Shown here one piece after another: positions 37,769-46,304 of a DNA stretch of 64,000 bases; positions within the stretch are counted from its first letter, which is position 1, and each line of letters starts with the position of its first letter. Where the stretch lies: positions 320,001-384,000 of the forward strand of contig CAWCUS010000002.1 in assembly GCA_963798845.1 (NCBI GenBank), written 5' to 3'. The notes under the pieces were generated by a model. The model had not been told where the DNA came from. It saw only the letters and a list, made by a program, of their open reading frames with translations, and did no database searches. Origin of the DNA: an uncultured Gemmatimonadales bacterium. Lineage in GTDB: Bacteria; Gemmatimonadota; Gemmatimonadetes; Longimicrobiales; RSA9. The position numbers and the translations under genes are program-made.

Positions 37769-38203
37769 ATGCGAACGCAGCGCGGCTACACCCTGATCGA
37801 GCTCGTCCTGGTCCTCGCCTTCACGGGCGTCCTGGTCACGTTCGCGGCGCCGCCCCTTCTTCACTGGCGCGATGCGGCCGCAGTTCACGCGGCGCGCGAC
37901 GACCTGACCGGCGCCCTCGCTTCCGTCCGCGTCGAGGCCGTGGCGCACGGCGGTGGAGCCCTCGTCCTGGATCCGGTCGCCGGCGTCGGCTGGGCCGCGT
38001 ACGACGACGGGACCACAGAGGCCCCCATCGACCTCCGCGCCCGGCACGGCGTAGTCCTGGACGTGGGCGCCGCAGCCCCGGTGCGGATCCGCTACGACGG
38101 CCTGGGCATCGGCCGCATGGCTTCGCGCAGGATCGAGGTGCGGCGTGGCCGGGCCGTGGCAGGCGTCACGGTCAGCGCCTACGGTCGGGTGCGGCGATGG
38201 TGA
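37769..38203 (+). CDS. FimT/GspH-like minor pilin (set 1)
   Basis: QRG|YTLIELVLV prepilin motif, C-terminal VTVSAYGRVR typical of FimT/GspH. Confidence 0.8.
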   Translation: MRTQRGYTLIELVLVLAFTGVLVTFAAPPLLHWRDAAAVHAARDDLTGALASVRVEAVAHGGGALVLDPVAGVGWAAYDDGTTEAPIDLRARHGVVLDVGAAAPVRIRYDGLGIGRMASRRIEVRRGRAVAGVTVSAYGRVRRW

Positions 38204-38556
38204 CCCGGCGCGCCGGCCACTCGCTCGTGGAGCTCATCGTGGCCGTGACGTTCCTCGGCACGTCCTTCGGAGGGCTCGCGGCCACCGCCCTGCTCGGAGC
38301 GCGCTGGACCCTCCGCGCGAGCGCGCAGGAGCACGCGCTCGCCGCCGCCGCGGCCACGCTCGATTCGCTGCTCGGCATGACGGCTCCTCCGGGGCCGGGG
38401 TCCATTGATCGGGACGGGCTGCGCCTGGAGTGGACCACGGGCCCGGCATCCTCCGGAACCCTGGTGACCGTGCGCGCCTCCCGCGCCGCTCTCCACGTTT
38501 CCGAGAAGCTGGAAGGGACGTGGATGCCGCTGCCTCCCGCGCTGGTGCTGCCGTGA
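38197..38556 (+). CDS. PilV-like minor pilin (set 1)
   Basis: RRAG|HSLVELIVAV prepilin motif, second position in the cluster. Confidence 0.7.
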   Translation: MVTRRAGHSLVELIVAVTFLGTSFGGLAATALLGARWTLRASAQEHALAAAAATLDSLLGMTAPPGPGSIDRDGLRLEWTTGPASSGTLVTVRASRAALHVSEKLEGTWMPLPPALVLP

Positions 38557-39263
38557 GGGCGCGGCGCGGTGCGGCGTCCATTGCGGAGCTGATCCTGGTG
38601 CTCTGGCTGTTCGCCTTCGTTCTCGCCGGGATCGCCCGCTTCGCCTCCGCGCAGTCCCGCATGGCCGCCGCACAGCTCGATCGCACCCGCGCCGACGAGC
38701 TGGTGCGCACCGCGTGGCTGGTGCTGAATGCCGAGCTCCGGAGCACCGCGGCCGCGGACCGGGTTTCGTTCGGCGCGGACTCGTTCCGCATCCGCGCGTT
38801 TCGCGGCGGAGGTCGGGTCTGTCGCGCGGGTGGCGACACCCTGGTAGTCGCGTTCGCGGGTGACCGGCTGCCGGACCCGGCCAAGGACTCCGTTCTGCTG
38901 ATCGGCGGCAACGGTATCGAGGAGGCCATGGACCTGGCCGGCACGGGCCTGTCGTCGCTGGAGTGCGATGGCGCCGGGCGGTGGCTGCGCCTCGGGCGCA
39001 CGCCCGGCAGCGAGCCCGCCATGGCCCTGCTGTTCGAGTCGGGCGTGTACGACGTGGCGGGAACCGCGCTCCGATATCGCCGCGGCGCCGGCGGCCGACA
39101 GCCGCTGACGGAGCCGGTCCTGGCGAACGCCACCCTCGGCATGGCGGGACCGGGGCCATGGCGGCTCACCGGCGCGTTCATCCGGGACTCGGTCCCGAGG
39201 CTGGGCGCAACGGGCTTCGACCTGACCCTCTCCCTGCTCAATCCCGCCCCGGTGACGCCATGA
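38553..39263 (+). CDS. PilW-like minor pilin (set 1), degenerate prepilin motif
   Basis: RRGA|ASIAELILVLW, LNAELR, DSFRIRAFRG..VC and DSVLL, parallel to the set-2 PilW. Confidence 0.65.
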   Translation: MRARRGAASIAELILVLWLFAFVLAGIARFASAQSRMAAAQLDRTRADELVRTAWLVLNAELRSTAAADRVSFGADSFRIRAFRGGGRVCRAGGDTLVVAFAGDRLPDPAKDSVLLIGGNGIEEAMDLAGTGLSSLECDGAGRWLRLGRTPGSEPAMALLFESGVYDVAGTALRYRRGAGGRQPLTEPVLANATLGMAGPGPWRLTGAFIRDSVPRLGATGFDLTLSLLNPAPVTP

Positions 39264-40285
39264 GGCGGGGCGGCTTCGCCCTCGTGGTGACCATACTGCT
39301 GTTCGTCGCCCTGGCCGGGCTTGCGGCCTCCGTGCTGGCCCTCGGCGCCCGCGAAGCCATCATTGCGAGCAGCGCTGAGCGCCTGGTCCTCGCCCAGCGA
39401 CGCGCCGAGGAGGCCGTGCGCCAGGCAGTGGCTGGGTGGTCCACCCGGGACTTCGCGGGCATGGCGCCCGGCGAGCGCATCCCGCTCGGGACCGCTGACA
39501 CCGCTTCGGAGCTCACCGTTCAGCGCCTGGACGGCGGGCTCTACCTGGTCCGCGCGGCCGCCCGGATCGGGCCGACGGGGCACGTCGCCCGGGGACGGGC
39601 AGCGGTGCTCGTGCGCGCGCTCGATCCCGCAGAGCTGGCCGCTGCATTTCCAGCCGCTGTCACCGTCACCGAGGCCGCCACCCTGGAGCGCGGGGGCATC
39701 GACGTCCTCACGGGGTGCGGCGCCGCCCCCGCCGCGGGCATCATCGGTCCTATCGTGGCCTGGGACCCCGGCGTCACCGTGGGCGGCGACCCGCCGGTGG
39801 CCGGCGGCCCTCCGGGAATCCCGGTGGCGAGCCCCCTGGCGCCTCCGCTCCTCGGCGCCCTCCCTCACCTCGACGCGGGCCCCGGGGAGGTGGCGCCCGC
39901 GCCGGTCGCCACAGGCGATGCCTGCGTCCTCACGCCCGACAACTGGGGCGCCTTCTCCCCGGGCAGTCCGTGCCACGGGCTGCTCCCTCTCGTCGCCGGG
40001 CGTGGGCCGCTGGTCATTCGCAGCGGCGAGGGGAGGGGGGTGCTCCTGGTCGACGGCGATCTGCTCCTCGGGGGATCGTTCCGCTTCGCAGGCCTGCTGG
40101 CGGTGGACGGCACCCTCGAACTGGAAGAGGGCGTGGAGATCCGGGGCGCGGTGCGCGCGCGCAGGTTCACCCTGGCCGGCGGCCATGTCGCCTTCGATCC
40201 GTGCGAGCGCGGGGCGGCCGCGGCCGCGCCCGCGTTCGATGGGCCGTTCCGGCTGCCGGGCCGGCTGTGGATACCGGTTTGGTAA
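39260..40285 (+). CDS. PilX-like minor pilin (set 1)
   Basis: RRGG|FALVVTIL (no Glu5, as in PilX/GspK), C-terminal NWG...GRGVLLVDGDLLL..FAGLLAVDG beta-solenoid-like repeats. Confidence 0.7.
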   Translation: MRRGGFALVVTILLFVALAGLAASVLALGAREAIIASSAERLVLAQRRAEEAVRQAVAGWSTRDFAGMAPGERIPLGTADTASELTVQRLDGGLYLVRAAARIGPTGHVARGRAAVLVRALDPAELAAAFPAAVTVTEAATLERGGIDVLTGCGAAPAAGIIGPIVAWDPGVTVGGDPPVAGGPPGIPVASPLAPPLLGALPHLDAGPGEVAPAPVATGDACVLTPDNWGAFSPGSPCHGLLPLVAGRGPLVIRSGEGRGVLLVDGDLLLGGSFRFAGLLAVDGTLELEEGVEIRGAVRARRFTLAGGHVAFDPCERGAAAAAPAFDGPFRLPGRLWIPVW

Positions 40286-40376
40286 GGATGAAAAAAGTGC
40301 GCGGCGTCGACATAAAGGTCCCCTCGCAGCGCGCCGCCAATCGTCGAACTCGTTGTGCCTGCAAGGAATGGAGGGT

Positions 40377-40392
40377 CGGCATGAACTTCGTA
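40377..40392 (+). promoter_or_regulatory. Possible variant sigma-54 promoter of minor pilin set 2
   Basis: CGGCATGAACTTCGTA (GG-N10-GT) in an AT-richer 200-bp gap, with IHF-like GAACTCGTTG upstream. Confidence 0.35.
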
Positions 40393-40489
40393 TGTCTCCA
40401 CCGGCAACGTTGGGTCTGGTCTCGAGGGGCTCCGCCGGATCGGCGCTCCTCTCCCGATCCGGCCCATGACCACCGGGAGGCAGCAAGGA

Positions 40490-40996
40490 ATGTGGCGATG
40501 CATTCTGCCGAGTCGGCTTCGCGCCGGACCACGGTATCGGGCAGGGTTCTCCGTCGTGGAGCTCCTGTTCGTGCTGCTCATCGCCAGTGTCCTGGCCGGG
40601 ATGGCCTTCCCGCGCTTCCATCACTACATGAGCGTCCGGACGGCGGTGAACGCCCGCGATGCGTTCTCCATGGCGGCGGCGCGAGCACGCGCGGCGGCAG
40701 TGGAGCATGGCGATGTCGTCGTCCTGATGATCCGTCCCTATCACGACTCCGTCTTCGTGATGACCGGGGACGCGCAGGATACCCTGGAGATCATCGACTA
40801 CAAAGGCGGCCAGACTCGAGCCGACCTGCTGATGCAGGACGGGCTGCCGGCGCCTTTCCGGATCTGTTACGTGCCTCGTGGCTTCGCGCACCCGGGCTGC
40901 GGCGACGGAAGTCGTCTTCCGGTCCGGCTGGGCTTCAGCACCACTTCCGACACCCTCTGGTCGGACATCAACGCTGCAGGCCAGGTGGAACGATGA
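40490..40996 (+). CDS. FimT-like minor pilin (set 2)
   Basis: RAG|FSVVELLFVLLIASVLAGMAFP, ARARAAAV, INAAGQV end. Start codon uncertain. Confidence 0.8.
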   Translation: MWRCILPSRLRAGPRYRAGFSVVELLFVLLIASVLAGMAFPRFHHYMSVRTAVNARDAFSMAAARARAAAVEHGDVVVLMIRPYHDSVFVMTGDAQDTLEIIDYKGGQTRADLLMQDGLPAPFRICYVPRGFAHPGCGDGSRLPVRLGFSTTSDTLWSDINAAGQVER

Positions 40997-41376
40997 GCGC
41001 GACCGAGCCCCGGTCCGGCTTCTCGCTCGTGGAGCTCCTCGTGGCCCTCCTGATCCTCACGGTCGGGATTCTCGCCATGGGCGGGTCCACCGGGTACATC
41101 ATGAGCCAGATCAGGCTCTCCCAGATCCGGACCGAGCGCATGAACGCGGTGCGCGAGGCTTCCGAGATCATCCGCGGGACCCCGTGGAGCAGCATCTCCG
41201 GCCTCTGCGCCGACAGCACGTTCCACCTGAACCACTACGACGTGAGCTGCTCGGCCAGCGTGACGGCCGACAACCTCCTCCAGGTCCAGCTCGTGAGCTC
41301 CGGACCCGGGTATCGCTCCGGCCGCTTCCTCCAGGACGTGGAGGAGCGCATGGCCATCGGGATCGCACAGCCATGA
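40993..41376 (+). CDS. PilV-like minor pilin (set 2)
   Basis: RSG|FSLVELLVALLILTVGILAM, the classic PilV N-terminus. Confidence 0.82.
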   Translation: MSATEPRSGFSLVELLVALLILTVGILAMGGSTGYIMSQIRLSQIRTERMNAVREASEIIRGTPWSSISGLCADSTFHLNHYDVSCSASVTADNLLQVQLVSSGPGYRSGRFLQDVEERMAIGIAQP

Positions 41377-42200
41377 ACGCGCGCCGCGACGGGTTCACCC
41401 TGATCGAGGTGATGATCGTGGCGGTGCTCCTCGCGGCCACCCTGGGAGCCGTGTACCAGGCCCTGAACGTACAGGAGCTCAGCTACAAGACCGGGAGCAC
41501 CATGATCCGGGGGCAGGAGAGCATGCGCACGGGCCTCGGGATCCTCGAATCCGAGCTCCGCGAGCTGAGCACCACCGGCGCCGACATCGGGGGCGTGGAC
41601 ATCCGCGTGGCTGCGGCCGATTCCGTCATATTCCGGGCGCAGCGGAAGCTCGGCTTCGTCTGCGCCATTGCGCTCTCGGACAACAAGGTCACGCTGGCCG
41701 TCATGGGCGACGGATTCGTCCGCTACGACAGCGTGCTGGTCTTCGTCGATGGTGACAGCCTGCGCTCGAGCGACGACGCCTGGGTGACCAGCCAGGTGCA
41801 GGATGCCGCCACGGACGTGAATACCGCGTGCGCCACCCGCTTCCCGGGCCTCCCCATCCAGACGCTGCACGTGGGCGCCGGGATCCTCGATGGCGTGAAG
41901 CTGCACTCGCCCGTCCGGGCGTTCCAGTGGGTTCTCTACGGGATCCGCGAGTTCCCGAAGCCTCAGGGCTGGTCGCTGGCCCGCCGCCTCGGCGATGCCG
42001 ACGCGACGGACTATCTCGTCGGGGGACTCGCTCCCCCGCCGAACGGAGTCCACTTCGAATATTTCGACGCGGACGGGAACACCACGGCGAACCCGTCCGA
42101 GATCACGCGAATGCGGATCGGCATGCAGGTGCTGGACAACGGCGGCGGAGCTGGCGAGCCGCAGGCGCTGACCACGAACCTCTTCTTCCGGAACAACTGA
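41373..42200 (+). CDS. PilW-like minor pilin (set 2)
   Basis: RDG|FTLIEVMIV, LESELRE, FEYFDADG, FFRNN end. Confidence 0.82.
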   Translation: MNARRDGFTLIEVMIVAVLLAATLGAVYQALNVQELSYKTGSTMIRGQESMRTGLGILESELRELSTTGADIGGVDIRVAAADSVIFRAQRKLGFVCAIALSDNKVTLAVMGDGFVRYDSVLVFVDGDSLRSSDDAWVTSQVQDAATDVNTACATRFPGLPIQTLHVGAGILDGVKLHSPVRAFQWVLYGIREFPKPQGWSLARRLGDADATDYLVGGLAPPPNGVHFEYFDADGNTTANPSEITRMRIGMQVLDNGGGAGEPQALTTNLFFRNN

Positions 42201-42206
42201 CCGGCC

Positions 42207-43394
42207 ATGCGAATCACTGCCCACGCTTCCGCCCTTCGTGACGGCTTCGCGCTCCCGATCGCGCTCCTGGCCATGATCGTCATCGGGGCGATCGTCACCG
42301 GCGGTTTCTACGCGTCCTCCCAGGAGACGCGTGTGAGCATGAGCTCGGAGCTGGGCGGACAGGCGTTCTACGTGGCCGAGTACGGGCTTGACGAGGTCCT
42401 CGCGTCGAGCCGGACCGGCGACTTCACGAGCGTGGTCGCCCCCGAGGACTGGGGCGGAGAGGACGTCACCACCGGCGGTGGCGACCTCCTCGGCCACTAT
42501 GACATCGAGGTCAGGAGCGTGGGCGAGCGCATGTTCCTGGTGTCTTCCACCGGGACCGTGACCGCGGGCGGACACCACGCAAGTCGTGAGGTGGGCACCA
42601 TCATCCGGACGCTCACGGCCGACATGCCGCGCGAGAGCGCGCTGTCGATCTACGGCGGTCTAACCATGAAGGGGAACGCCACCGAGATCAACGGCTTCGA
42701 GGAGCAGGAGCCCGGCTGCGCGCCCATCGGCACCGGCGTTCCCGGGATCACTACCAACCGGCCCGACCTGGTCGACGCCACCGCCAACCTGACTGGCGTC
42801 CCGCCGATCCAGGACGACCCTTCCCTCGACGTCGCCGCCCTCAGCACGTTCGGCAGCCTCAGCCTCGACGACCTCAAGGGGATGGCCGACCTCGTCTTCG
42901 AGCACGGCATCCCCGTCAGCCAGAGCCCCGAGCCGACCACCAACGGCTCCGGAGCATGCGACACGTCCAACCCACTCAACTGGGGCGATCCCGTGGATGG
43001 AGGCGTCTGCAAAGGCCGATTCCCGATCATCTATTCCAAGGACGATGCCAAGATCACGGGCGGCATGGGGCAGGGGATCCTGATCGTGGACGGAGACCTC
43101 GAGCTCGCGGGGAACATGAAGTTCTTCGGTGTGGTCATCGTGCTCGGGAAACTGTGGATGGGGGGAACGGGCCAGACGGGTGGGCAGATCGTCGGCAGCG
43201 CAATCGTCCACAACGGCGCCGAGCTGGTCGACGAGAGCACCACGGTCGGCAACTCCATGATCCAGTACTCCAGGTGCCGGGTCGAGCGAGCGTTCAACGC
43301 AATCCTCCGTGTCCGCCCGTTGGCGGCGCGAGGGTGGATGGATCTTTCGGTGGCCGCTCCGGCGGCGCTGACAACGGGATTCCCCGGCTCATGA
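42207..43394 (+). CDS. PilX-like minor pilin (set 2)
   Basis: RDG|FALPIALLAMIVI, AFYVAEYGL PilX motif, C-terminal NWGDP...GQGILIVDGDLEL. Confidence 0.8.
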   Translation: MRITAHASALRDGFALPIALLAMIVIGAIVTGGFYASSQETRVSMSSELGGQAFYVAEYGLDEVLASSRTGDFTSVVAPEDWGGEDVTTGGGDLLGHYDIEVRSVGERMFLVSSTGTVTAGGHHASREVGTIIRTLTADMPRESALSIYGGLTMKGNATEINGFEEQEPGCAPIGTGVPGITTNRPDLVDATANLTGVPPIQDDPSLDVAALSTFGSLSLDDLKGMADLVFEHGIPVSQSPEPTTNGSGACDTSNPLNWGDPVDGGVCKGRFPIIYSKDDAKITGGMGQGILIVDGDLELAGNMKFFGVVIVLGKLWMGGTGQTGGQIVGSAIVHNGAELVDESTTVGNSMIQYSRCRVERAFNAILRVRPLAARGWMDLSVAAPAALTTGFPGS

Positions 43395-43501
43395 TAGGCC
43401 GGGGCGAAGGTGTGTGTATTTCATTGACAGGCCAGAGTGGCAGACGTAGCGCAAAGCGTTCCACCACAACGGCCTTCCCCGACAACGCGGATTCCTGACG
43501 A

Positions 43502-44539
43502 ATGGGACTATTCGGCCGTAGCAAGGTCACCGCGGGCCTCGACATCGGGAGTGGCTTCGTCAAGCTGGTCGTGGTGGACCACTCCAAGGGCGACCCCGAG
43601 ATCACCAAGATCGCCACCAGCCCGCTGGTCGCGGATGCCATCGTCGAGGGCGAGGTCATGGACCCCGTGCTCGTGGCCGAGACCATCCGCTCGGTCATTG
43701 AGGCCGCCGGACTCGCGCGGCAGAACGTCGTCGCCGCCGTGGGAGGGCACGACGTCATCATCAAGAAGATCCAGATGGACCGGATGAGCGAGCCGGAGGC
43801 ACGCGAGCTGATCCGGTGGGAAGCGCATCAGCACGTCCCGTTCGACATGGAGAGCGTGCAGCTCGACTTCCAGATCCTCGATCCGGATTCCGACGACGCC
43901 CAGATGTCGGTGCTGCTGGTCGCAGCCAAGCGCGAGCTGATCGAGAACCGCCTCGCCCTCCTCGCCGATGCGGGCCTGTCGCCGGCCATGATCGATGTGG
44001 ACGCCTTCGCGCTCCACAACGCGTTCGAGCAGGGCTATCCCGGCAGCATGACCGGGATGGTGGCGCTGGTGAACGTCGGGCACGAGACCACGAACGTGAA
44101 CATCCTCGACGACGGCGTGCCCGTCGTCGTCCGGGACATTCCGTTCGGCTCCCGCCGCATCAGGGAGTCGCTGCAGCGCGAGCGCGGGCTCACCGCCGAG
44201 CAGGCGGAGGACGTGATCCAGGGCCGGGAGGACGCCGTGGATCTGGAGTCGTTCGTGACGGAGCGGGTGGACGAGCTGGCCGTGGGGATCGAGCGCGCGA
44301 TCGCCTTCATCACCGCCCAGTCCGGCGGCGAGGGCGTGGGCCAGGTCTTCCTGTGCGGCGGCGGCGCGCGTGTTCCCGGCGTCGCTGCCGCCCTGGGTGA
44401 GCGCCTCGGCGTTCCCACCCACCTGGCCAATCCGCTGGAGCGGATCGCCGTCCACCCGGACGTGAACCTGGAAGTCGCGGTCGATGAGGTGGCACCAATG
44501 CTGATGCTGCCCGTCGGCCTCGCCATGCGGAGGGCCTGA
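43502..44539 (+). CDS. pilM: Type IV pilus assembly protein PilM
   Basis: GLDIGSGFVK, HVPFD, VLLVAAK, IDVDAFAL, LCGGGA, LPVGLAMR. Confidence 0.95.
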   Translation: MGLFGRSKVTAGLDIGSGFVKLVVVDHSKGDPEITKIATSPLVADAIVEGEVMDPVLVAETIRSVIEAAGLARQNVVAAVGGHDVIIKKIQMDRMSEPEARELIRWEAHQHVPFDMESVQLDFQILDPDSDDAQMSVLLVAAKRELIENRLALLADAGLSPAMIDVDAFALHNAFEQGYPGSMTGMVALVNVGHETTNVNILDDGVPVVVRDIPFGSRRIRESLQRERGLTAEQAEDVIQGREDAVDLESFVTERVDELAVGIERAIAFITAQSGGEGVGQVFLCGGGARVPGVAAALGERLGVPTHLANPLERIAVHPDVNLEVAVDEVAPMLMLPVGLAMRRA

Positions 44540-44550
44540 GCCACGCCATC

Positions 44551-45261
44551 ATGATCGAGATCAATCTCCTGCCCAGCGCACAGAAGACGCGGAAGAAGGC
44601 GGCCGTCTCCGGGTTCCCGTTGAGGCTCCCGAGATCACTGTCTTCCTTCGACCGAACGCTCGCTTTCACCCTGGGGGCGTGGATCATCGGACCGCTCGCC
44701 GTCGCGTGGCTGTTCTTCAGCGTGCACGGCAAGCTCGGCGACGCGCAGGTCGCGCTCGAGCAGGCGGTAGCCGACTCGACCCGCTACGCCAGGACCATCG
44801 AGACGCAGGAGCGCCTGCGGGCCAGGCAGGACACGGTGGCCCAGAAGCTGGCGATCATCCAGGAGATCAATGCCGGACGCTACGTCTGGCCCCACATCCT
44901 GGACGAGGTCAGCCTGGCGCTTCCGGCCTTCACGTGGGTCACCGGGATCTACCAGATCGAGGGCGGAACGGTGCCGGCCTTCCAGATCCAGGGGCTGACC
45001 GGCAGCCTGCCCGCGCTCACGCACTTCATGGACGCCCTCGAGGCCAGCCCCTTCCTGCGCAACATCGAGCTGGTGTCCAGCGAGCAGGTCACCGTGGGCG
45101 GAGCGAAATCGGGGAAGATCGCCAACAACTTCATGCTGACGGGGCACTACGAGCAGCCGCCGTCGGATCTGATCGAGACGGTGTCGCTCTTCCCGGACCT
45201 CACCGGGGACGACACGCTAACGGCAGGAACGGAGGCGAGCCATGGCTCTGGGACTCCCTGA
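44551..45261 (+). CDS. pilN: PilN
   Basis: MIEINLLP PilM-binding motif, TM, coiled coil, LEASPF. Confidence 0.92.
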   Translation: MIEINLLPSAQKTRKKAAVSGFPLRLPRSLSSFDRTLAFTLGAWIIGPLAVAWLFFSVHGKLGDAQVALEQAVADSTRYARTIETQERLRARQDTVAQKLAIIQEINAGRYVWPHILDEVSLALPAFTWVTGIYQIEGGTVPAFQIQGLTGSLPALTHFMDALEASPFLRNIELVSSEQVTVGGAKSGKIANNFMLTGHYEQPPSDLIETVSLFPDLTGDDTLTAGTEASHGSGTP

Positions 45262-45853
45262 CGACCCGGCAAAGCAGAAGCGGCTCCTGATCGGAGCGCT
45301 CCCGCTCCTGCTGCTCGCCGCCTACGTGTACTTCCTCAATGGCAAGTACACGCAGCAGCTGGACGATCTCCAGACACACGTGGAGCAGCTGGAGGCACAG
45401 AACTCGGTGGCTCGGATACGGTCGCTCCAGGGCCATGAGCTCGAAGAGCGCCTGGCGATCTTCGAGAAGCACATCAGCCGCCTCGAGCAGCTCGTTCCGC
45501 GCCGGGAGGAAGTGTCTCAGCTCCTCAACCAGATCAACCAGACGGCGCAGCGGGTAGGGGTCGAGGTGGCGGTCTTCCGCCCCGGCGAGATCGGCAGCGG
45601 TCCGCAGTACGACCGCCGCACGTTCGACCTGACGGTATACGGGACGTACCAGAACATCGGTCGGCTCCTGGCCGACATCGGCTCGCTCCCCCGGATCATC
45701 ACGCCAATCGACCTGCAGCTGGTCTCGCGCAGCGAGAAGGACCGGGCCGGGGGGGAGCGGCTGCAGGCGACGTTCGTCGTGGAGACGTACGTGGTTCCCG
45801 ATCACCCGGCCCATCCGGCGGCCGCCATCACGGGAGGCTCTACCGGTGCGTAA
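45242..45853 (+). CDS. pilO: PilO
   Basis: TM plus coiled coil, LVPRREEVSQLL, GTYQNIGRLLADIGSLPRII. Confidence 0.9.
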   Translation: MALGLPDDPAKQKRLLIGALPLLLLAAYVYFLNGKYTQQLDDLQTHVEQLEAQNSVARIRSLQGHELEERLAIFEKHISRLEQLVPRREEVSQLLNQINQTAQRVGVEVAVFRPGEIGSGPQYDRRTFDLTVYGTYQNIGRLLADIGSLPRIITPIDLQLVSRSEKDRAGGERLQATFVVETYVVPDHPAHPAAAITGGSTGA

Positions 45854-46304
45854 ATCCATACGCCTCATGACCATGGTCGGGCTGGCACTGCTGGCGCTCG
45901 CGCCCGCCGCGGCCAGCGCACAGGCCCCCGCGCGGACTGCCGTGCCGGCGAAGGCCACCACGGACGCGGCGAAGCTCACGCTGATCTACGAGCGGGAGGT
46001 CTACACGTACGGCGGCATCGGTCGCCGGGACCCGTTCCGCCCCCTCACCGATGACGAGGAGAGCGGCCCCCGCTTCGAGGAGCTGACGCTCCAGGGGATC
46101 ATCTATTCCGATGCGCCGGGAAAGAGCCTGGCCCTGCTGAACGACGTCTCCGACCGCGTGCACAGAGCGCGCGTGGGCGACGTGCTGGGCGACTCCCGCG
46201 TGCTGGAAATCACGCCGGACCGGGTGGTGTTCGCGGTGAACAACTTCGGCAACGTGCGGCAGGAGATGCTGGAGCTCAAGAAGAGTGGAGGAAACGAGCG
46301 ATGA
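45846..46304 (+). CDS. pilP: PilP-like protein
   Basis: YTYGGIGRRDPFRPL, LTLQGII, RVGDVLG, positioned between pilO and pilQ. Confidence 0.78.
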   Translation: MRKSIRLMTMVGLALLALAPAAASAQAPARTAVPAKATTDAAKLTLIYEREVYTYGGIGRRDPFRPLTDDEESGPRFEELTLQGIIYSDAPGKSLALLNDVSDRVHRARVGDVLGDSRVLEITPDRVVFAVNNFGNVRQEMLELKKSGGNER

